A stretch of 61,739 nucleotides of DNA, counting the filler, from Sanchytrium tribonematis (lineage: Eukaryota): NCBI GenBank assembly GCA_018985235.1. It is 14 parts of 14 records of this genome, joined end to end, with 100 filler letters (N's around TTAATTAATTAA, not from the genome) between each part and the next. Parts side by side here need not be neighbours in the genome. Positions count along the whole stretch, not along the records: positions 55,724 to 58,681 come from JADGIG010000942.1; positions 58,782 to 61,739 come from JADGIG010000943.1; 12 more parts are not named here. The stretch is one strand, 5' to 3'. Of this stretch, positions 56,883 through 61,739 are shown piece by piece. The translations under genes were made by a program, and so were the position numbers. Position 1 is the stretch's first letter, and each line of letters begins with the position of its first letter. The notes beneath the pieces were generated by a model. The model did not search any database and had not been told where the DNA came from. It saw only the letters and a list, made by a program, of their open reading frames with translations.

Positions 56883-58681
56883 TCATGAGGTTTTGGAACA
56901 AAGATAATCCAACTCGCCTGATTCTGCACACATTTTATAAAATAATCCTTGCTTTTGCAATAAATTTTTAGGGGAATCAAACTCCACCAATTTACCTTGA
57001 TCTAAGACCAGAATCTTTTCAAAATCGATAATTGTCCTCAATCTATGGGCGACACAAATGATCGTACTGTTACTAAATTCCTGCCGAATCATTTTCTGTA
57101 TGTTTTCGTCGGTCGAATGATCTATGTTTGCTGTTGCTTCATCTAAAATAAGTAGCTTTGATTGCTTTAAAATAGCTCTAGCTAGGCTAAGTTGCTGCCG
57201 AGTTCCAACACTTAGGTTATTTCCGTTTTCGCTCACATTGTCGTCAAGATTGCAGGAAAGTCGCGCTCGTTTCAAGGACTTGTTTAACTGAAAATCATCG
57301 TATTCTGAGAAAGGATCTAAATTGATGCGGATACTTCCTTTAAACAAAGCAGGATCTTGTGGAATCATTGTTATTGCCTGTCTCAGGTCGTACAGCCCTA
57401 TGTCTTTTATGTTGATTCCATCTATTTCGATCGTTCCTTCAAAGTTATCTATAAATCTAAAAAAGGCGGTAACCAAAGTACTTTTTCCTTAATAAATTAG
57501 AATTACCTGCTCCAGTTCTACCTACAATTCCGACTTTTTGTGTCGGTTCGACATGAAAGCTTACATTCTCTAAAACTGGTTTGACCGATTGACTATAGCA
57601 AAGAGTTAAATTTGTTACAGAAACTTCGCCATTGTGTGGCCATTCTATAGGTGGTCGATTTGTTTCTACGATTCTATCCGATTCAGTCTCTAAATTTACG
57701 TATTCTTTAATTCTTTCCATTGAATTCATATTCATTTCTAGTTCTGCGTTATATCGAACCATCCAAAGAACTTGATCTGTAAATGTGAAAGAGTAGCTCA
57801 AGCACAATCCAGCTAAACCAGGTGATATGTCCGAGCAGACAATGGCCAGACCTGATAAAAATACGACAAAAGCGCCAAGCCATTCAGTTCTCACACCAAG
57901 CCAGCGATTTGCTACCCATAAATAAAAGAAAGCTCTTTGATAATAGTCCACTCTATTATAGTTTTCATTCATAAAATGGTGCTCTTTGTTGAATGCTCTT
58001 ATTACATGTGTACCCATTAAAGTCTCTGAAAATAATGAATAAATTGGACTTTTGTTTATGGATTCTAACCGTTTTAGCTCTCTACTTGTTCGCAAATAAT
58101 ACCTTGAGATGTAGCCATATGCCAACACTATTGGAACTACGAAGATGATAAATAACGGTGCGATAGACACCATTAGTAAAATAACGACCAAGGTTCCCAG
58201 AGAACAATATATCACTTGAAGAATACTGGATGCGATGTTTCTATCGACTACTTGAATGTCTTTAGAGAATCTGTTGATTATTCTTCCAACAGGCGTTTTC
58301 TCATAAAATTGAATTGGAACTTGTAATATATGACTTAAGAACTTCTCATGAATTAATTTGGAACCTTTTAATGAAATCATGTATTCAAAAACGAGAAAAA
58401 GAAATGTGCAGACAATGCAGCTAATACTCAACAAGGCGTAATTGACCAAATAGTAGGTTGAGTTGTCGTTGTGTGTTGACCAAACATTTAACCAATAATC
58501 TTGCGATACCCGAAACGTATGGTTTATAAATTCACCACTCATTAATATACACCATAAAACCAGTCCTCCAGAAGTTGAAATATAAAATCGATGGACCTTC
58601 AAGTCTACATTTCCAACAGCCTTGTCTTCGTCCTCCACTATTTTTGTTCCTTCTGAATTTGATAAATCGAGACTCATCTTT
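56883..58681 (-). CDS. ABCC/MRP transporter (C-terminal half; 2 visible exons)
   Basis: TPVGRIINRFSKD, SRELKRL, spliced GRTGAG-KST, LSVGTRQ, LDEATA, AHRLRT. Confidence 0.94.
57488..57506 (-). other. 19-nt intron inside the Walker A motif
   Basis: GTAATTCTAATTTATTAAG; restores GRTGAGKST. Confidence 0.95.
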
Positions 58682-58781
58682 NNNNNNNNNNNNNNNNNNN
58701 NNNNNNNNNNNNNNNNNNNNNNNNNTTAATTAATTAANNNNNNNNNNNNNNNNNNNNNNNNNNNNNNNNNNNNNNNNNNNN

Positions 58782-61313
58782 TACGATATACACAGCGAAG
58801 ATATTCGGCTGCCAAATGAAAACGGTGAGAATACTATTAATGAGCTAATCATAAATCGTGAATTGGCAGAAAAAGATCAGAGCGCCTTATTTAATATAGC
58901 GAACAAATATACATTACTTTTCGGAATGGAGTCTAAAACAAGTGTTAAAACCAGACATCACATTCGAACAGAATGTGAACCGATTAGATCCGGAATTCCT
59001 AGACTTAGTACTAGAGAATGTCAAATAGTGAGAGACGAATGTGATAAGATGTTACAAAATGACGTCATTGAGCCGTCTAATTCGGATTGGAGATCTGCAG
59101 TGGTTTTAATGCCAAAACCAGATGGATCTGTTCGATTTTGTGTAAACTATAAGCAATTAAACAAACACACGAAATTTGACGCGTATCCGTTACCGAATTT
59201 ACATTCTCTACTAGACAAACTAAATGGATCCAAATATTTTATTTCTTTAGATCTGAAATCGGGATATTGGCAAATTAATTTAGCAGATCCCGACAAAGAA
59301 AAAACGGCCTTTGTGACACCATTTGGGCTTTATCAATTCAAAGTAATGCCATTTGGATTATCAACCGCTCCGGCTACATTTCAAAGACTAATGAATGAAA
59401 TATTTGACAAAATGATAGGTAAAGACTTATTAGTATATTTAGATGATTTATTGATCTTTGCAAAATCTATGGAAGAATTAATAGAAAAGTTTGAAAGGGT
59501 TTTAATTAAACTTGAATCCCACGGCTTAACTTTGAGTGCAAAGAAATGTAAAATTGGAATGACAGAGATCGATTTTCTTGGATTCAAAGTGTCCGGAAAT
59601 GGGATACAAGCATCAAACCAGAAAATAGAGGCGACCAAAAAGTTACAAGCACCAAAATCAGTTACTCAAGTCCGACAATTCCTGGGACTGACAAGCTTTT
59701 ATCGTTGCTTTATTCATAGATACGCAACAATAAGTCAACCACTGTTGGAATTGACTAAAAAGAATGCGATCTTTAGATGGTCCGACGACTGTACAAAAGC
59801 CTTCGAAAGTCTAAAGAAAATAATCGTATCAGATCAAGTAACTTTAGCACATCCGAAATTTGATCAACCATTTTATGTATACACAGATGCAAGTAAATAC
59901 GGAATTGGAGCCGTATTAGCTCAAGATAAACGACCAGTATGGTTTATATCAAGAGTATTACAGGGTGCTGAGACCAACTATGATGTCAGAGAGAAAGAAT
60001 GCTTAGCAATTCTATATGCACTTGATAAGTTTAGGCCATTTTTGTATGGTACTAATGTTACAGTATTTACAGACCACGGTAATCTCAGATGGCTCTTTGA
60101 TTCAGAACAGGAAGGAAGATTAGCTCGTTGGATCTGCAAATTGCAAAGATATCATTTGACAATAGCATATATTCCTGGGCCACAAAATACCGTAGCAGAC
60201 GCGTTAAGTAGATATGGTTACGAGCCATCCACTTCTCAGCTTAATAATATGAAATTAAGATCACGATCTAATTCGGATACGAATGACAAAGTTGTAATAG
60301 ACCCAAACATTAAACAATCATTCCAAAGTATCAATTGGAGTCTAGAGCAAAGTAAAGATTTAGTACTACAAGATTTGGTTAAGAATAAGACAGCAAATAT
60401 TCAAGATATAAAAGGAATTTTATACAAGATTAATCGATGTAGTGAAAAGATATATGTCCCCGAACAATTGGTTGACAGTATTCTATCTATAGCACATAGT
60501 AGCAGTATATCCGCGCACGCTGGTTCCGCTCAAGTGTCGATATACTTGAATGATTACTATTTTCCAGGAAAACAGAATAGGATTCGCAAATTTATTAAAA
60601 GCTGCGAAACCTGCCTAATGGCAAAAGCACCTAGTATAGAACACCATTTCGAAACAAGGCTTCCGGCTGAGCCTTTAGAGAGAATTTATATCGATTTTAA
60701 GGGACCTTTACCAATTAGTTCCACTAATTACGATCAAGACTACAAATATCTGTTCACCATCTTAGATGATGCAACTAGATTTATGAACGCAGTACCCGTC
60801 TCCCGAATACGAGCAATTGATGCACACTTTGGTAATGCAGTTGAACGAAAACATCGAGAACTAGATGTAAAATTAAGGGCATTTAAACATGCTCAAAACT
60901 TAAAATGGACAGAATCACTTCATTATGCGCTTATATCAATGAATAATGCCACAAACAGTGCTACTGGAGAAGCTCCGTCAGTATTACTATTTCAAAGAAA
61001 AATAGACCCAATACAAATGAAAAGAATAACAAGCACAAAAGATCTTACAGAACTACGACAAGATGCAAACCACAGGGCATACAATTATAGAAAGAAACAA
61101 TTGACAAACATAAACTCTAAAAAGGTAATGCCTACATATAAAAGAGGTGACAAGGTCTACATCATCAATTCATGGAAACAAGGTAAATTAGACTATTACT
61201 ATAATCCTGATCCAGTATATTTCGTCAAGAAACTGTCGACAAACATCGCACAGCTTCGCGACGAATACGACAACTTAATTGAATGTCATATGGAACAAAT
61301 AAAGCGTATTTAA
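58782..61313 (+). mobile_element. Ty3/gypsy pol ORF (RT, RNase H, integrase with an in-frame core deletion)
   Basis: RFCVNY, LDLKSGYWQ, MPFGL, YLDD, YTDAS, TDH, ADALSR, HHCC motif, IDFKGP; the segment holding the second catalytic Asp is missing; no LTR seen. Confidence 0.93.
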
Positions 61314-61739
61314 GTGATAAATTGGCTGGCAAACACCAAGCACAATTTTGTTTATTTTAATGGAGGATGAAGATTTATATGGCAAACACCCTCTATAAAT
61401 CCATGTGGTCTTAATAATCTTTATGTAAAAAGATAACAGACTTTTCATCCTATAAAGACCCAAACAATTTAAATTTCGAACAATTTTACAAAAGGTTTCC
61501 AAAATTAGCTATATTACGCCCAAAATAAGCCAAAATTAGGCAATATTGGGACGTTCTAGCCAAATAGTGGTAAAGTAAGCTAATATCAATATCTAGGACT
61601 AAGATACAATAGTCTCCTACCACTACATACTAGACTATGAAAATTAGTCCCAATCAAGGTGTTTCTTAGCATATTTTGGGCACTTTTGAATGAAATACCC
61701 GCCAATCAATTAGTTTTATTAACTTTTTGTATATTTCCA

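Noticed and set aside
8182..58681. Stop-codon reassignment or programmed frameshifting as the cause of the split ORFs
   Set aside because: The breaks change frame and include extra sequence bounded by GT-AG with a shared consensus. TAA, TAG and TGA all act as normal stops.
21544..58781. Recurring TTAATTAATTAA between N runs, and apparent gene neighbourhoods across them
   Set aside because: This is an artificial six-frame stop linker joining roughly size-sorted contigs. It is not a repeat or CRISPR array, and adjacency across it has no meaning.

Overview
This is an AT-rich eukaryotic window from a very compact genome, most likely an early-diverging fungus (inferred from the gene content). It is not contiguous. 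It consists of 14 contigs (one of at least 21.5 kb, then thirteen of about 3 kb) joined by artificial 100-nt N44-TTAATTAATTAA-N44 spacers, so genes on different contigs are not linked. Positions 1-7.7 kb hold decayed transposons and other remnants: Ty3/gypsy fragments, a Merlin/IS1595-like transposase, an F-box fusion, an SSB-like gene, and a 2.66-kb LTR element with 145-bp LTRs and a CAAAG target-site duplication (TSD). Positions 8-21.5 kb are a tightly packed housekeeping block (Gvp36-like BAR protein, CAF40, ADE8, an amino-acid transporter, YSH1, MRPL16, a PP4-like phosphatase, NOP1, a phosphodiesterase). The small contigs carry metabolic genes, secreted and LRR gene families, an MLKL-like kinase, a Harbinger element, a MITE, a LINE and a gypsy pol. 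Main discovery: 12 GT-AG introns reconstructed by restoring reading frames are 19 nt long (11 cases) or 20 nt (1 case). All share a fixed 3' end, T-H-A-Y-N-W-A-G, with an invariant A at -6. This points to an ultra-short, fixed-geometry spliceosomal intron system in a fungus-like nuclear genome. All family assignments come from motif recognition by eye; no searches were run.
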